Below are positions 1 to 9,506 of a stretch of DNA of 32,000 nt, piece after piece. The notes beneath the pieces were generated by a model. It was not told the DNA's origin and searched no databases. It was given only the letters and a program-made list of their open reading frames with translations. The stretch is from the NCBI RefSeq assembly GCF_054388935.1, contig NZ_CM136152.1, one strand, 5' to 3'. How positions within the stretch are numbered: the first letter of the stretch is position 1; each line of letters opens with the position of its first letter. The translations under genes and the position numbers were made by a program.

Positions 1-3
1 ATA

Positions 4-1419
4 TCAACCTACACCACAAGGAATTGAGTAACTGGAATAGTCGGGTTGCGCAGCCGACTCCGGGCAATGCATACACATCATCAGCGCATCAGCCAGGTTA
101 GGAGATGGAATACCGAGCTTCTGCTTCATTTCGACCTTAGTCATTAGCTCCAGCTTCCCGTTGTTATTGAATTTGCGCTGAATCTGCGTCAGTTCTGCAA
201 ACAGCTTCTCCAGCATCTTCTCGCCTATCGCTTCTTTGTCGAAACTCAGCATGTCGTCGGGGTCTGCATACTCACCGTGAACAACCGCCCGATATGTCAG
301 ATACAGCCTGTCAGCCAGCGCGTAATAGAATTGCGCTCGCTTATTGCGGAATACATCGCCAATAGTGCGAACGTTGTCGCCATGTACGACTTCATCAGCC
401 CATGCTCCGGCCTGATACGGCGCATCTTCATCGAATGGCGATTCGCTACCCTTGAACATCGTGGCGGTGATTTTCTTGCCGGAGAACGCTTCCGTTGTCT
501 GTCTGCGTAGCCCAGCACCAACACCATCACCATCCCACAGGTAATGGTCAGCGCCGTCTTCAATTGCCAGCGAAGTAGCCCAGTCAGCACCATCGTTGAT
601 ATCCATCAGCAGACCTTCGGCAATGCGCTTAACTACCGAACCGTGACGCGATGCATAACCTTTAGCATCTGGCCCTGTATCTGATGGGTCATGCGCAGAG
701 ACAACAGCGCCTTTCGCTTTCCATCCGAGTTTCTTGTGCGCATCGGTTGCGGCTTCAAGCCATTCACGTTTGATGATTGCCATATCACTTGCGCTTACTG
801 GCTCACCAAGCCAGATGTGACGATACAGTGTCGGGTTTCTGCGTTTGCACTCTTCCATCTCCAGACGGAGAACTTCAGGAAAGTGCGGGTTGTCGGTGTA
901 GTTCACCGTCAGCAGGCAAATATCATCGGGAGGATTTACAACGAATCGCTGATAGGTATCGTCGAGTATGTTCTTCGGGTTAAAGCTCACCCATATTTCG
1001 GAAAACGGCTTGCGGATGGTTGGTATCAGGATATCCCACGATTCCTTTGTTACCGCTTCCGCTTCTTCCACCCAGCAGATATCAATGCCTTCGAGCGATT
1101 TAATCTTCGTCGGGTTGTTTTTGATGCCGTAGAACATGAACTCAGCATTCGATCCGAGATGACGAATCATTGAACGCTGAATTTCAAACTCAGCCGAATA
1201 CCCTTCCCGCTCTATGGTGTCTTCAAGCAGTCGGATTACCGAATCGCTGATACTGTTTTGCAGTTCACGAGCGCAGAGAATACGCACAGGCTGCCGGCGC
1301 GTCGCTTCAACAAGCAGCCTCGCAATTGCCCATGACTTACCGCTACCTCGACCGCCTTTGGCGACTTTGTAGCGATGCGCCTCAATGAACGGTTCAAAGA
1401 TAGGATTAATCGAGGTCAT
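4..1419 (-). CDS. Terminase large subunit (Sf6 gp2-like)
   Basis: 471-aa ORF; Walker A-like motif GGRGSGKS, Walker B-like ICWVEEAEAV; near-identical to remembered Sf6 gp2 over most of its length. Confidence 0.95.
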   Translation of the reverse strand: MTSINPIFEPFIEAHRYKVAKGGRGSGKSWAIARLLVEATRRQPVRILCARELQNSISDSVIRLLEDTIEREGYSAEFEIQRSMIRHLGSNAEFMFYGIKNNPTKIKSLEGIDICWVEEAEAVTKESWDILIPTIRKPFSEIWVSFNPKNILDDTYQRFVVNPPDDICLLTVNYTDNPHFPEVLRLEMEECKRRNPTLYRHIWLGEPVSASDMAIIKREWLEAATDAHKKLGWKAKGAVVSAHDPSDTGPDAKGYASRHGSVVKRIAEGLLMDINDGADWATSLAIEDGADHYLWDGDGVGAGLRRQTTEAFSGKKITATMFKGSESPFDEDAPYQAGAWADEVVHGDNVRTIGDVFRNKRAQFYYALADRLYLTYRAVVHGEYADPDDMLSFDKEAIGEKMLEKLFAELTQIQRKFNNNGKLELMTKVEMKQKLGIPSPNLADALMMCMHCPESAAQPDYSSYSIPCGVG

Positions 1420-1856
1420 TTTCCGAATAGAGTACTCATCGGCGATGTTTCAATCTGGATTGCGCCGCCGTCTTTGCCGGTTAGCTCGTGATCAACCTTG
1501 TCGCGCCATTTATCCTTCTGTCGATTCTTAAGCCAGAAGATGGCAGCGGTTGTATCAGGCGGGTAATACTTCTCAAGCGGAGTTTCGACAATTCTGTTTT
1601 CAATAACACGAATATCGATGTCTGGAGCCACGAAGCCCATAGCGCGTTGATAAAGACGATCACTAACCTCTGCATCAGCGACTGCCTTACCCTTTTTTAT
1701 GGACTCCGAAAACTTAGGATAATCAAGCTTCCACTTGTTAATAGTTGACTCACTGACTTCAAAGAAATCAGCAAGTTCTGCATCGGTGTAGCCCAGCAAG
1801 CACAGTTTGCGTGCCTGTTCGGCATACGCCTCTTGATACTTTGTTGGGCGCGCCAT
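1416..1856 (-). CDS. Terminase small subunit; HTH-containing N-terminal region with an Sf6-like C-terminal peptide
   Basis: 146-aa ORF overlapping the terL start by 4 nt; ends KDGGAIQIETSPMSTLFGK. Confidence 0.85.
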   Translation of the reverse strand: MARPTKYQEAYAEQARKLCLLGYTDAELADFFEVSESTINKWKLDYPKFSESIKKGKAVADAEVSDRLYQRAMGFVAPDIDIRVIENRIVETPLEKYYPPDTTAAIFWLKNRQKDKWRDKVDHELTGKDGGAIQIETSPMSTLFGK

Positions 1857-1858
1857 GT

Positions 1859-2101
1859 TTATGCTCCGGTAGTGAACAGGTCTAACGCTTCCTTCGATTT
1901 ACGCACCGCTTCGATTGTGCGGGTCGTGATATCTGAATTAGCGCCGCCTGACTGGAAGTGAATTTTGAATAGCTCAAGCTTCAGTTCGTCAGTGCCAATG
2001 AATTGAAATGCTTCTTCTGCGGCTGCGTTCTGGTTCATGACCAGCTTGTAAATCTCTAACTGGAATTTCTGTTCTTCAGTCATGGGAATAATCTCTGCCA
2101 T
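1859..2101 (-). CDS. Small phage protein, DUF2560-like
   Basis: 80-aa ORF MAEIIPMTEEQKFQLEIYKLVMNQNAAAEEAFQFIG..., located directly upstream of terS as in P22-like phages. Confidence 0.7.
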   Translation of the reverse strand: MAEIIPMTEEQKFQLEIYKLVMNQNAAAEEAFQFIGTDELKLELFKIHFQSGGANSDITTRTIEAVRKSKEALDLFTTGA

Positions 2102-2204
2102 TGTTGGCTCCGTTTATCCGTTAAAAGGGATATCAGTTAAGTTATCCCGTGTAGGGTATAAGCCATTATCAAAGCCACTCTGTAGGGAATGGCTTTTGTA
2201 ATAA

Positions 2205-2585
2205 CTACTGTTCGCTTAGCTTCTGCTTCAGCAAGTAACCTTCAAGCATCCAGATTTTGTTTACAGCATTTTGCCGGGCAATCTTCCGACCAATTTCTGC
2301 ATCAAAATTTTCCGGACTTGCACAGGCACTCTCTCCGGTGACGGTGAAGCCATTCTTCAGCACCAGTACGCAGAAAGTGAGCAACTTCAATGGTGATAAA
2401 TCACGATCGCCTTCTTCTGGTTTTTCCCTGCCACAATATTCGTTGCTGGAAATGGCACCATTACGTCCATCATAAGCAGTAAAGTAATGCTCGCTTTTAA
2501 TCACGTCTTCGATGTGCTGCGGAGTGATTCTCGGAGCGGTTTTGCCTTTCTCAACGATTTCTTTTTCGATTTGCTGGTCGTTCAT
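2205..2585 (-). CDS. Phage protein of the Sf6 gp66 / N4 gp49 family
   Basis: 126-aa ORF; family-like features PRITPQHIEDVIKSEHYFTA and LLTFCVLVLKNGFTVTGESACASPENFD. Confidence 0.75.
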   Translation of the reverse strand: MNDQQIEKEIVEKGKTAPRITPQHIEDVIKSEHYFTAYDGRNGAISSNEYCGREKPEEGDRDLSPLKLLTFCVLVLKNGFTVTGESACASPENFDAEIGRKIARQNAVNKIWMLEGYLLKQKLSEQ

Positions 2586-2764
2586 AATTATGACCCTGTG
2601 GAGTGGTTGCTTGATTAGGATGTCTTTCCATCAGTCCGCCACCACAAAGAATCTTTTTTTGCCATAAGGCAGGAGGTTCATCTTTCAGTGGCTGCCAGTG
2701 TTATTTCCCCACTTACTGGCTTGGGTTGTTTCGCTGTACTGCCGTTAATTAGTGAGTCCGGGGA

Positions 2765-3286
2765 TTACGGTTTGCCCGTGCTGTTCAAGGCGTTCAATTC
2801 TCGCCAGTAGCTGAGGCTTCTTAATTTTCCCCAGCGATTTAGCAGGCGACCTGACATGCTGGCAACATCCTTCTCTTTCATGTACTCCAGCATTACGGCA
2901 TTTCTCTCTTCTTCAAATTGAAGATGACCAACCTGAAGCATGGCGTACATCCAGTTAAATGCGTTGATGTAAGCAATTTTGATACGCATTGCTTCTTTTT
3001 TGGTGTAGGACATAACCAAAAGCATCAACCCATCCTTGCGGAGACGGTAGAATTTTTGCGGCTTACCATTCTGTAACTCATTGTTTTTATAGCAAAGCTC
3101 AAAGTTGAGCTTTGTATCAAACTCAGGAGGGCAAGCTTCTATGGTTCGCTCAATGTCACGGACTACGTTCTTCGGCAGCTTTCCAAATGCTTTTGCCACC
3201 ATAAAAGAATCTGTAACCGGATCGTTGTTTGCTACAAAAATTAGGTCTCTGAAATCTATATCGTTAACAACGGTTGGGTAGTTCAT
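2765..3286 (-). CDS. rha: Rha-family phage regulatory protein
   Basis: 173-aa ORF with DSFMVAKAFGKLPKNVVRDI and FYRLRKDGLMLLVMSYTKKEA motifs. Confidence 0.8.
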   Translation of the reverse strand: MNYPTVVNDIDFRDLIFVANNDPVTDSFMVAKAFGKLPKNVVRDIERTIEACPPEFDTKLNFELCYKNNELQNGKPQKFYRLRKDGLMLLVMSYTKKEAMRIKIAYINAFNWMYAMLQVGHLQFEEERNAVMLEYMKEKDVASMSGRLLNRWGKLRSLSYWRELNALNSTGKP

Positions 3287-3297
3287 TGCGTCTTTAC

Positions 3298-3389
3298 CTT
3301 TTAGAAAGATGAGCCTGTTCGCACAGAAAAGCCGTCCCCGAGATGGTCGCCACCATATACGGCAATTCTCAGGCTCAGCTTTCTAAAAG
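3298..3389 (-). promoter_or_regulatory. Long stem-loop in the leader immediately upstream of rha
   Basis: 20-nt arms CTTTTAGAAAGATGAGCCTG (3298-3317) and CAGGCTCAGCTTTCTAAAAG (3370-3389), complementary with one mismatch; nested GCCGT/ACGGC and ATGGT/ACCAT arms inside. Confidence 0.7.
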
Positions 3390-3434
3390 ACTCGGGATTG
3401 TTACGCGCTGCGATGCGCGGTTTACTGCAGATGT

Positions 3435-3459
3435 AAAAAAGCCCCGCAAATGCGAGGCT
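3435..3459 (-). terminator. Intrinsic terminator downstream of the lysis cassette
   Basis: Minus strand AGCCTCGCATTTGCGGGGCTTTTTT. Confidence 0.8.
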
Positions 3460-3492
3460 AAATCCTGGTATTTGTAATGACTGGCTCTTATC

Positions 3493-3645
3493 TCAACGCA
3501 GCCCCTTACCGCGCGCCAGATGCTCAATATCAAGCATCAGCAATGAGATGTTTAATCTGGATTCACTCCAGAAGTGATCATCACCCTGTCTACAGAGCCA
3601 GATGTGAAGGATGATGAGTAAAATTATCGCTATCATCGAAGGCAT
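3493..3645 (-). CDS. Small putative single-TM protein (50 aa)
   Basis: [53 protein letters not shown]; start overlaps the Rz stop region. Confidence 0.55.
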   Translation of the reverse strand: MPSMIAIILLIILHIWLCRQGDDHFWSESRLNISLLMLDIEHLARGKGLR

Positions 3646-4070
3646 TGCGTCCTGATGTATTCCTGCAGGTAGTTAACCTGCGCGGTTATCCTGTCGATTC
3701 CACTTCTGAGACGGTAATAATTGAGTTCAGCATCTGCTGTAAGTCTTGGGCTTTCTCCATCGCCCATGCTGCTGGCTCCGGTCGTTGACTTTGCACAGGT
3801 GGCGGCGACTTGCAGGCGCTTACGCCCAGCAGAAACATCAGCACGGAGGCTTTCGATAGTCGCGTTAGCATCAGCAAGCTCCTTTGTGTATCTGGCGTCA
3901 AGTTCTGCTACATCACGTTGACGCTTCTGCATGTCAGCGATTGTGGATGTGGCCTTATCGCGCTGCTCTTTGTAGGCGATTGCATTATCACGGTAATGAT
4001 TAACAGCCCATGACAGGCAGACGATGATGCAGATAACCAGAGCGGAGATAATCGCGGTGACTCTGCTCAT
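3633..4070 (-). CDS. Rz: Rz i-spanin
   Basis: 145-aa ORF with N-terminal TM segment and coiled-coil-like remainder, directly after the endolysin. Confidence 0.92.
   Translation of the reverse strand: MSRVTAIISALVICIIVCLSWAVNHYRDNAIAYKEQRDKATSTIADMQKRQRDVAELDARYTKELADANATIESLRADVSAGRKRLQVAATCAKSTTGASSMGDGESPRLTADAELNYYRLRSGIDRITAQVNYLQEYIRTQCLR
3686..3871 (-). CDS. Rz1: Rz1 o-spanin lipoprotein nested in a different frame inside Rz
   Basis: Start chosen at [20 protein letters not shown]; lipobox LGVSAC followed by a Pro-rich segment [16 protein letters not shown]. Confidence 0.85.
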   Translation of the reverse strand: MLTRLSKASVLMFLLGVSACKSPPPVQSQRPEPAAWAMEKAQDLQQMLNSIITVSEVESTG

Positions 4071-4543
4071 ACCTCAATCTCTCTGACCGTTCCGCCTGCT
4101 TCTTTGAATTTTGCAATCAGGTTGTCAGCCTTATGCTCGAACTGACCATAACCAGCGCCCGGCAGTGAAGCCCAGATATTGCTGCAACGGTCGATTGCCT
4201 GACGGATATCACCGCGATCAATCATCGGCAAAGCGCCACGCTCCTTAATCTGCTGCAATGCAACAGCATCCTGGCTTTTAGGAGAGAAGTCTTTCAGGCC
4301 AAGCTGCTTACGGTAGGCGTCCCACCAACGGGAAAGAAGCTGGTAACGTCCGGCAGCTGTTGATTTGAGTTTGGGGTTTAGCGTGACAAGTTTGCGAGGG
4401 TGATCTGAGTAATCAGTGAATAGCTCTCCGCCAACAATGACGTCATAACCATGATTTCTGGTTTTCTGACGTCCGTTATCAGTTCCCTCTGACCACGCCA
4501 GCATATCGAGGTACGCCTTACGTTGATTATTGATTTCCACCAT
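4067..4543 (-). CDS. R: Endolysin (lambda R-type transglycosylase)
   Basis: 158-aa ORF near-identical to remembered lambda R. Confidence 0.97.
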   Translation of the reverse strand: MVEINNQRKAYLDMLAWSEGTDNGRQKTRNHGYDVIVGGELFTDYSDHPRKLVTLNPKLKSTAAGRYQLLSRWWDAYRKQLGLKDFSPKSQDAVALQQIKERGALPMIDRGDIRQAIDRCSNIWASLPGAGYGQFEHKADNLIAKFKEAGGTVREIEV

Positions 4544-4850
4544 CTTCTACTCCGGCTTTTTTAGCAGCGAAGCGTTTGATAAGCGAACCAATCGAGTCAG
4601 TACCGATGTAGCCAATGAACACGCTCGTTATATAAGCGAGATTGCTACTTAGTCCGGCGAAGTCGAGAAGGTCACGAATGAACCAGGCGATAATGGCGCA
4701 CATCGTTGCGTCGATTACTGTTTTTGTAAACGCACCGCCATTATATCTGCCGCGAAGGTACGCCATTGCAAACGCAAGGATTGCCCCGATGCCTTGTTCC
4801 TTTGCCGCGAGAATGGCGGCTAACAGGTCATGTTTTTCTGGCATCTTCAT
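4527..4850 (-). CDS. S: Lambda S-type holin/antiholin (MKMPEKHD dual start)
   Basis: 107-aa ORF near-identical to lambda S. Confidence 0.97.
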   Translation of the reverse strand: MKMPEKHDLLAAILAAKEQGIGAILAFAMAYLRGRYNGGAFTKTVIDATMCAIIAWFIRDLLDFAGLSSNLAYITSVFIGYIGTDSIGSLIKRFAAKKAGVEDGGNQ

Positions 4851-5386
4851 GTCTTACCCCCAATAAGGGGATTTGCTCTATTTAATTAGGAATAAGGTCG
4901 ATTACTGATAGAACAAATCCAGGCTACTGTGTTTAGTAATCAGATTTGTTCGTGACCGATATGCACGGGCAAAACGGCATGAGGTTGTTAGCGCAACCTC
5001 CTGCCACCGCTTTCACGAAGGTCATGTGTAGAAAGACGCAGCATAACTATCACTGATGAATTCAGGATAGCCAGTGGCTACGGCTCAGGTTGGGTTGTGG
5101 CGGTCGGTGCTGAACTCCGACTTAATGACGATAGGCGTGTACCGACGCCTCGTTTTACTTCCTCCGCTTTCACGGCTTCACCCTAGACCAGCTTTACGAA
5201 ATCCTCGTAAACCTAACCGCGGCAGATATGACCGGCACGGTGTGCCATATCACGGACCGGCGGGTGTCTCGTTCACCTGATTAACGCATCAGCCTGCGTA
5301 TTCACCACAACGATAAGAGCACTGCGCGGCACCTTTCACCAATTCCGCGAGGTCTGCGGGTTCAATGCTCTTACCTGTTGTGCAAA

Positions 5387-5428
5387 CAAAAAAGCCACCG
5401 TTGCAACTTAAGAGTCACTAACGGCAGC
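5387..5428 (-). terminator. Intrinsic terminator just downstream of the putative late promoter (tR'-like)
   Basis: Minus strand GCTGCCGTT...AACGGTGGC stem followed by CTTTTTTG. Confidence 0.75.
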
Positions 5429-5438
5429 TTACCCTCTA

Positions 5439-5468
5439 ATTATGGCTAAATGGCTAATTGCATGTCAA
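5439..5468 (-). promoter_or_regulatory. Putative late promoter pR'
   Basis: Minus strand TTGACA (5468-5463), 18-nt spacer, CATAAT (5444-5439), overlapping the 3' end of Q. Confidence 0.7.
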
Positions 5469-5964
5469 GGCTTTTAACAGCAACATGCTTAACTTTCTCA
5501 ACACGTTTACGCATTTTGAAAGCATTTTGCATTGGTTGGTACAAAACAAATAATGACGCTTTCAGGATATCGTCAATTTCGTTTCTACAGGTTGCCAGTG
5601 AAGGTTTTCTCCATCCCTCGCCACCGCGTCCACACATCTTGCGTGGCTTTGCAGTCGCGTGATAGTAGGATGCAATTGCTCTCTTAGATGAACCATGAGC
5701 GTAGTAGCTGAGGAGGATGCCAAAGGCTTTCTTGTCAATGTACATGACGGAATCGACGACCTGAGAAATCAACATTCCATCATCATCATTACACATTGGC
5801 CTTGTCATAATTCTTCCCGGCTCTACGCTCTCCATGAACTTCGCTATTACGCTGCTCATGCGCTTTTCCAGACGACCTGAATAAACCCATGCGCCCCACA
5901 GTTCAAGCCATCCATTCAGCCAATCGTGCTGTTCTTTGGTGAGGTTTAGTTCTCTTATGCCCAC
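5446..5964 (-). CDS. Q: Q-like late antitermination protein
   Basis: 172-aa ORF with [21 protein letters not shown] segment; position between nin genes and lysis genes. Confidence 0.82.
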   Translation of the reverse strand: MGIRELNLTKEQHDWLNGWLELWGAWVYSGRLEKRMSSVIAKFMESVEPGRIMTRPMCNDDDGMLISQVVDSVMYIDKKAFGILLSYYAHGSSKRAIASYYHATAKPRKMCGRGGEGWRKPSLATCRNEIDDILKASLFVLYQPMQNAFKMRKRVEKVKHVAVKSLDMQLAI

Positions 5965-6626
5965 GCGCCTTCTCCCTGTACCTGAATCAATGTGAGATTT
6001 CCGCAGAACACTGCGCCGGTATCGATATACATCTGGTTGGAAAACTTGAGTGGTTTCACTGCTGGCGTATGACCAAAGATGAACGTGTCCGCGCCTTTGA
6101 TTTCTTTCACGATCCCGTCTTGTGAGTTGCTGATTCGTTCGCGGTTCCAGATTACCTGCTGATGATCAACTGGCTTTCCAAACTCGTATTTATCACAAGG
6201 ATAATCGGCGTGGCAGATGACATATTTTTTACCTTTGCTCACCAGTTCGATGATTAACGGAAGTTCACCTGCTTTATGGGCAAGAGCTTTAGCCAGAATT
6301 TCTTTGTCGTAATCGAGATTAAAGAACCAGCCACCGCCATTAAGCAGCCAGTGATTGACGTTTCCACGCTCTGATAAGCCATCAATCATCATTTGCTCAT
6401 GGTTTCCACGTACAGCTCTGAACCAGGGGAATGTGATTAATTCCAGGCATTCGACGTTCTCTGTACCGCGATCAACCAAATCGCCAACCGAGATAAGCAG
6501 GTCTTTTTTGGTGTCGAATCCTATCGTCTCCAGTTTTTTCATCAGGTTCGTGTAGCATCCGTGCAGATCGCCAACTACCCAAATATTTCGGTATTTGCTG
6601 CCATCAATTCTTTCGTAATAGCGCAT
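5955..6626 (-). CDS. ninI: Lambda-type Ser/Thr protein phosphatase (NinI)
   Basis: Start chosen at [14 protein letters not shown]; metallophosphatase motifs GDLHG, GDLVDRG, GNHE. Confidence 0.95.
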   Translation of the reverse strand: MRYYERIDGSKYRNIWVVGDLHGCYTNLMKKLETIGFDTKKDLLISVGDLVDRGTENVECLELITFPWFRAVRGNHEQMMIDGLSERGNVNHWLLNGGGWFFNLDYDKEILAKALAHKAGELPLIIELVSKGKKYVICHADYPCDKYEFGKPVDHQQVIWNRERISNSQDGIVKEIKGADTFIFGHTPAVKPLKFSNQMYIDTGAVFCGNLTLIQVQGEGAWA

Positions 6627-6810
6627 CTCTTTCACTCCATCCGCGATGAACCATGAGAACGTCGTTGACGATGGCGTGCATTTTCCCGTCTTTATCATCA
6701 ACGTATTTTCTGACCGTACCGCGACTACATTTCAGTCTGCGTGCTACTTCTGTCTGGTTTCCGTATGCTTCAACGAGCATGTCTGGAATGGTTTTTACTG
6801 AGAACGTCAT
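6604..6810 (-). CDS. ninH: NinH
   Basis: 68-aa ORF, HTH-like, matches remembered lambda NinH. Confidence 0.95.
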   Translation of the reverse strand: MTFSVKTIPDMLVEAYGNQTEVARRLKCSRGTVRKYVDDKDGKMHAIVNDVLMVHRGWSERDALLRKN

Positions 6811-7418
6811 GCGGCCTCACTTCTGCTATTTCGCAGGTCTTTGAGTTTCTGTTGGTACTCTGCCTTGATCGCCTTGCACTCTTCGACAGTCCAGCGATGG
6901 CGGTTATGGTTTGATTCGATTTCGTCTACTGCTTCCTGCCCGATGCGATTAATCAGTTCGACGCGATACGGAACGAGATTTCCGCTTTTGTGCTGGTTGC
7001 ACACCACGCATTGCTTGTGAATATTGCGTTCATCAAATCGGAGTTGAGGTGCTGCAGCAGTTGTCCGGTAATGTCCAGCATCCCACTGAGCAGACGTGAG
7101 CGTTCCGCACGAGATACATGGTAAGTCGCGGTCTCTTTCTCTGATGAAGGCGTTTACGGCTTGTTGGGCTTGTTTAATCCAGTAACTGCGGGGCTTTAAG
7201 GAGAGTTTTCGAATCTTAAGTTTATCTTTCTGTTTCTGATCCTCTCGTCGTCGTTTCTTCTCTGCTGCTTTTTCCGCTTTTTCGCGTTCTTTACTTCGTC
7301 GTTCGAGTGCTATCTTGGTTCCACACTCTGGAGAGCACCACCACTGATTAGCGAATGCAGGGTGAAACCATTCCCGACATTCATCGTTTTTACATCGTCT
7401 TCGCGCTGGTTTAGCCAT
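6807..7418 (-). CDS. ninG: NinG/Rap recombination protein
   Basis: 203-aa ORF matching lambda NinG ([22 protein letters not shown]...). Confidence 0.96.
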   Translation of the reverse strand: MAKPARRRCKNDECREWFHPAFANQWWCSPECGTKIALERRSKEREKAEKAAEKKRRREDQKQKDKLKIRKLSLKPRSYWIKQAQQAVNAFIRERDRDLPCISCGTLTSAQWDAGHYRTTAAAPQLRFDERNIHKQCVVCNQHKSGNLVPYRVELINRIGQEAVDEIESNHNRHRWTVEECKAIKAEYQQKLKDLRNSRSEAA

Positions 7419-7587
7419 CGTCTTCTTCCTCGTACATTGAGCTATTCGGATCGCTCATCAGTTCTGCGCAGCAATCGGAGCACACGTGAACTTCCAGCAC
7501 ATGCAGCTTCTGACCGCAGTTAGCGCACGTTAAAGCCCGCTCGACGCTTTCTTTCTGGTATTGAAGGGATTGGGATGGGCTAAGCAT
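7411..7587 (-). CDS. ninF: NinF, zinc-ribbon-like
   Basis: 58-aa [61 protein letters not shown]; below the ORF-track cutoff. Confidence 0.9.
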   Translation of the reverse strand: MLSPSQSLQYQKESVERALTCANCGQKLHVLEVHVCSDCCAELMSDPNSSMYEEEDDG

Positions 7588-7946
7588 TATTGGATTCTCT
7601 GCATCATGAGAAAGACAATCATGGCGGCGCGGAGGGGATTTTCATGTATAGCTCGCTTAGATTTACAGTAGGCCACACCGCGTGCACCCCACTCGTCTTC
7701 ATCGAGATTGATAATGCTAATCCTGTATTTTTCAATAATCGGCCATGCGTCTGCTGGGTTTGCGCATGGGTTAAAGGATCCGCGCTCAACTTCTACTTCA
7801 ACTGCGTCTCCGTTTACAATGTCTCCCTCAAATGAGACAAACACCATATCGCCATTCTCACCTTCTTTGTAATCCGGTGATCCGTTATGAATGGCTTCGA
7901 ATACCGCCACGTTAATTTCAAAATCACTTAACTGTGAATAATCCAT
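7587..7946 (-). CDS. ninX: NinX-like (DUF2591) protein
   Basis: MDYSQLSDFEINVAVFEAIHNG...; position in P22-type nin region. Confidence 0.8.
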   Translation of the reverse strand: MDYSQLSDFEINVAVFEAIHNGSPDYKEGENGDMVFVSFEGDIVNGDAVEVEVERGSFNPCANPADAWPIIEKYRISIINLDEDEWGARGVAYCKSKRAIHENPLRAAMIVFLMMQRIQ

Positions 7947-7948
7947 TG

Positions 7949-8125
7949 TCATTTCCTCGCACGATGTCTTAGCCACCGGATATCCCACAGGTGAGCCGTG
8001 TAGTTGAAGGTTTTTACGTCAGATTCTTTTGGGATTGGCTTGCGTTTATTTCTGGAGCGTTTCGTTGGAAGGTATTTGCAGTTTTCGCAGATGATGTCGG
8101 TGATACTTCGTCGCTGTCGCCTCAT
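7949..8125 (-). CDS. ninE: NinE
   Basis: [58 protein letters not shown]. Confidence 0.92.
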   Translation of the reverse strand: MRRQRRSITDIICENCKYLPTKRSRNKRKPIPKESDVKTFNYTAHLWDIRWLRHRARK

Positions 8126-8532
8126 TCGTACCTCCTGTCGGTAAATCTGACACCCTGACCAATAGCCCATGCTGTTGTGTACTCGATCAGACTTGCCATA
8201 CGCTTCACACTCATCTGCGCGCTGCTTTCGCGAATGTTGACGTATTCGCCTTCAAGCCCGGGCAAAACATCAGCTTCCTGTTTTGTTGCCACTGCATGAC
8301 CGCTGATCAACAAAACCTTCCATTGTTCTGGTTTTAACCATTTATCGCGCCACTGAACTTGCCTAGCGATATCTGCGACCATCGCGTGAAATTTTGCGTT
8401 CTGGTCAAGGTTGCGCTTGTAGTCAGTAATGCGGATGGTGACTGGCTTGTCTTTATCGAGTGGTGTTGCGAGGATGGCATTTATTGCGGCTTGCTGTTGT
8501 TGCTTAGTTCGGAGGAAGATTGTTTGCTTCAC
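8122..8532 (-). CDS. ninB: NinB recombination protein
   Basis: 136-aa ORF with [20 protein letters not shown]...WKVLLI. Confidence 0.9.
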   Translation of the reverse strand: MKQTIFLRTKQQQQAAINAILATPLDKDKPVTIRITDYKRNLDQNAKFHAMVADIARQVQWRDKWLKPEQWKVLLISGHAVATKQEADVLPGLEGEYVNIRESSAQMSVKRMASLIEYTTAWAIGQGVRFTDRRYE

Positions 8533-8543
8533 TGAATACTCCT

Positions 8544-8735
8544 TTATTTTTTATTCCTGTAACCCCATTCTTCCAGCAACCTTGCGGCGTACCACCCAAG
8601 AAACAAAGGAAAGAACATTACAATGAGATATTCCCCGCCACGGTCAATGTTCGAAATTGACCAGATTACGATGTAACCAGTGCAGGACAGGAATATTACA
8701 AACCCCAAAAAGCTACTTCGTCGACTCATGCTCAC
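8544..8735 (-). CDS. Small phage membrane protein, two predicted TM segments
   Basis: 63-aa ORF with hydrophobic FLGFVIFLSCTGYIVIW and YLIVMFFPLFLGWYAA; start overlaps the upstream stop. Confidence 0.6.
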   Translation of the reverse strand: MSMSRRSSFLGFVIFLSCTGYIVIWSISNIDRGGEYLIVMFFPLFLGWYAARLLEEWGYRNKK

Positions 8736-9040
8736 TCCTTCACTTTGATTCCAGCGGCGCGGATGGATTCATCGATATCGTCACGGTCGTACACAGCAAT
8801 AGCATCACTGACAAACCATACAGGCAACTCAATTTCAATAGCTGCTCGCGATGCCTGCCACGTTTGCCAGTGGCCTTGAACATCGTCCATCACGTATTGA
8901 CCACCAATATCACCACTGCCAATTTCATGGTGATTTTCAGGGTAACGGATAAGGTCTGATGATTCGCCTCCACGTCGCAACCAACTTTCTTCAAACTGCT
9001 TTCTTGATTCGTCCATATCAATCCCCGTTAGTCGCTTCAC
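8732..9040 (-). CDS. Hypothetical phage protein
   Basis: 102-aa ORF in the early right operon; overlaps neighbours. Confidence 0.65.
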   Translation of the reverse strand: MKRLTGIDMDESRKQFEESWLRRGGESSDLIRYPENHHEIGSGDIGGQYVMDDVQGHWQTWQASRAAIEIELPVWFVSDAIAVYDRDDIDESIRAAGIKVKE

Positions 9041-9233
9041 TCACGAATCTGACAAAACCAGCCATGTTTATTTGCATGAGTTTTTTCAACACCTTGTCTC
9101 GTCGGCTACGTTTTGGTTTTGGCCTGTGGTTGAATCTTTCACAAGCTGGAAGGCTTGATGATTTCCAGTACCTATTACGCCTTGCTCCATCTTCCGACAT
9201 ATCGGCATGAATAAGGTCTGCGAGTGTGCTCAT
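9018..9233 (-). CDS. Hypothetical phage protein
   Basis: Start chosen at MSTLADLIHADMSEDG. Confidence 0.55.
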   Translation of the reverse strand: MSTLADLIHADMSEDGARRNRYWKSSSLPACERFNHRPKPKRSRRDKVLKKLMQINMAGFVRFVSEATNGD

Positions 9234-9247
9234 ATTCACCTCTTCAG

Positions 9248-9448
9248 TTACATTGGTTTTGTAATGTTGATAGTCATCTTGCGAATAAAAAGATGCGTAA
9301 GTAGCCTTGCTTCCCACATGTAAATCTCTTCAAGGCGAGATAAATCTACGAATACCGGACCTTTGTAATCTGGTCTTGATGCCCTTATGTATGAGCTAAT
9401 AGTTTGTGCATCTTGCTCGTCAAGATTCATGACTTCCCTCTCCCCCAA
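9248..9448 (-). CDS. Hypothetical phage protein
   Basis: 66-aa ORF between the helicase and downstream genes. Confidence 0.5.
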   Translation of the reverse strand: MGEREVMNLDEQDAQTISSYIRASRPDYKGPVFVDLSRLEEIYMWEARLLTHLFIRKMTINITKPM

Positions 9449-9506
9449 ATAAAAAGGCCTGCGATTACCAGCAGGCCTGTTATTAGCTCAGTGATGTAGA
9501 TGGTCA

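Noticed and set aside
297-1173. Plus-strand ORFs of 98 and 160 aa inside terL
   Set aside because: Antisense shadows of a strongly supported TerL coding sequence.
5074-5280. ORF 68 aa (plus strand) in the late leader
   Set aside because: Antisense to the Q-dependent leader transcript, Pro/Arg-rich spurious composition, no supporting context.
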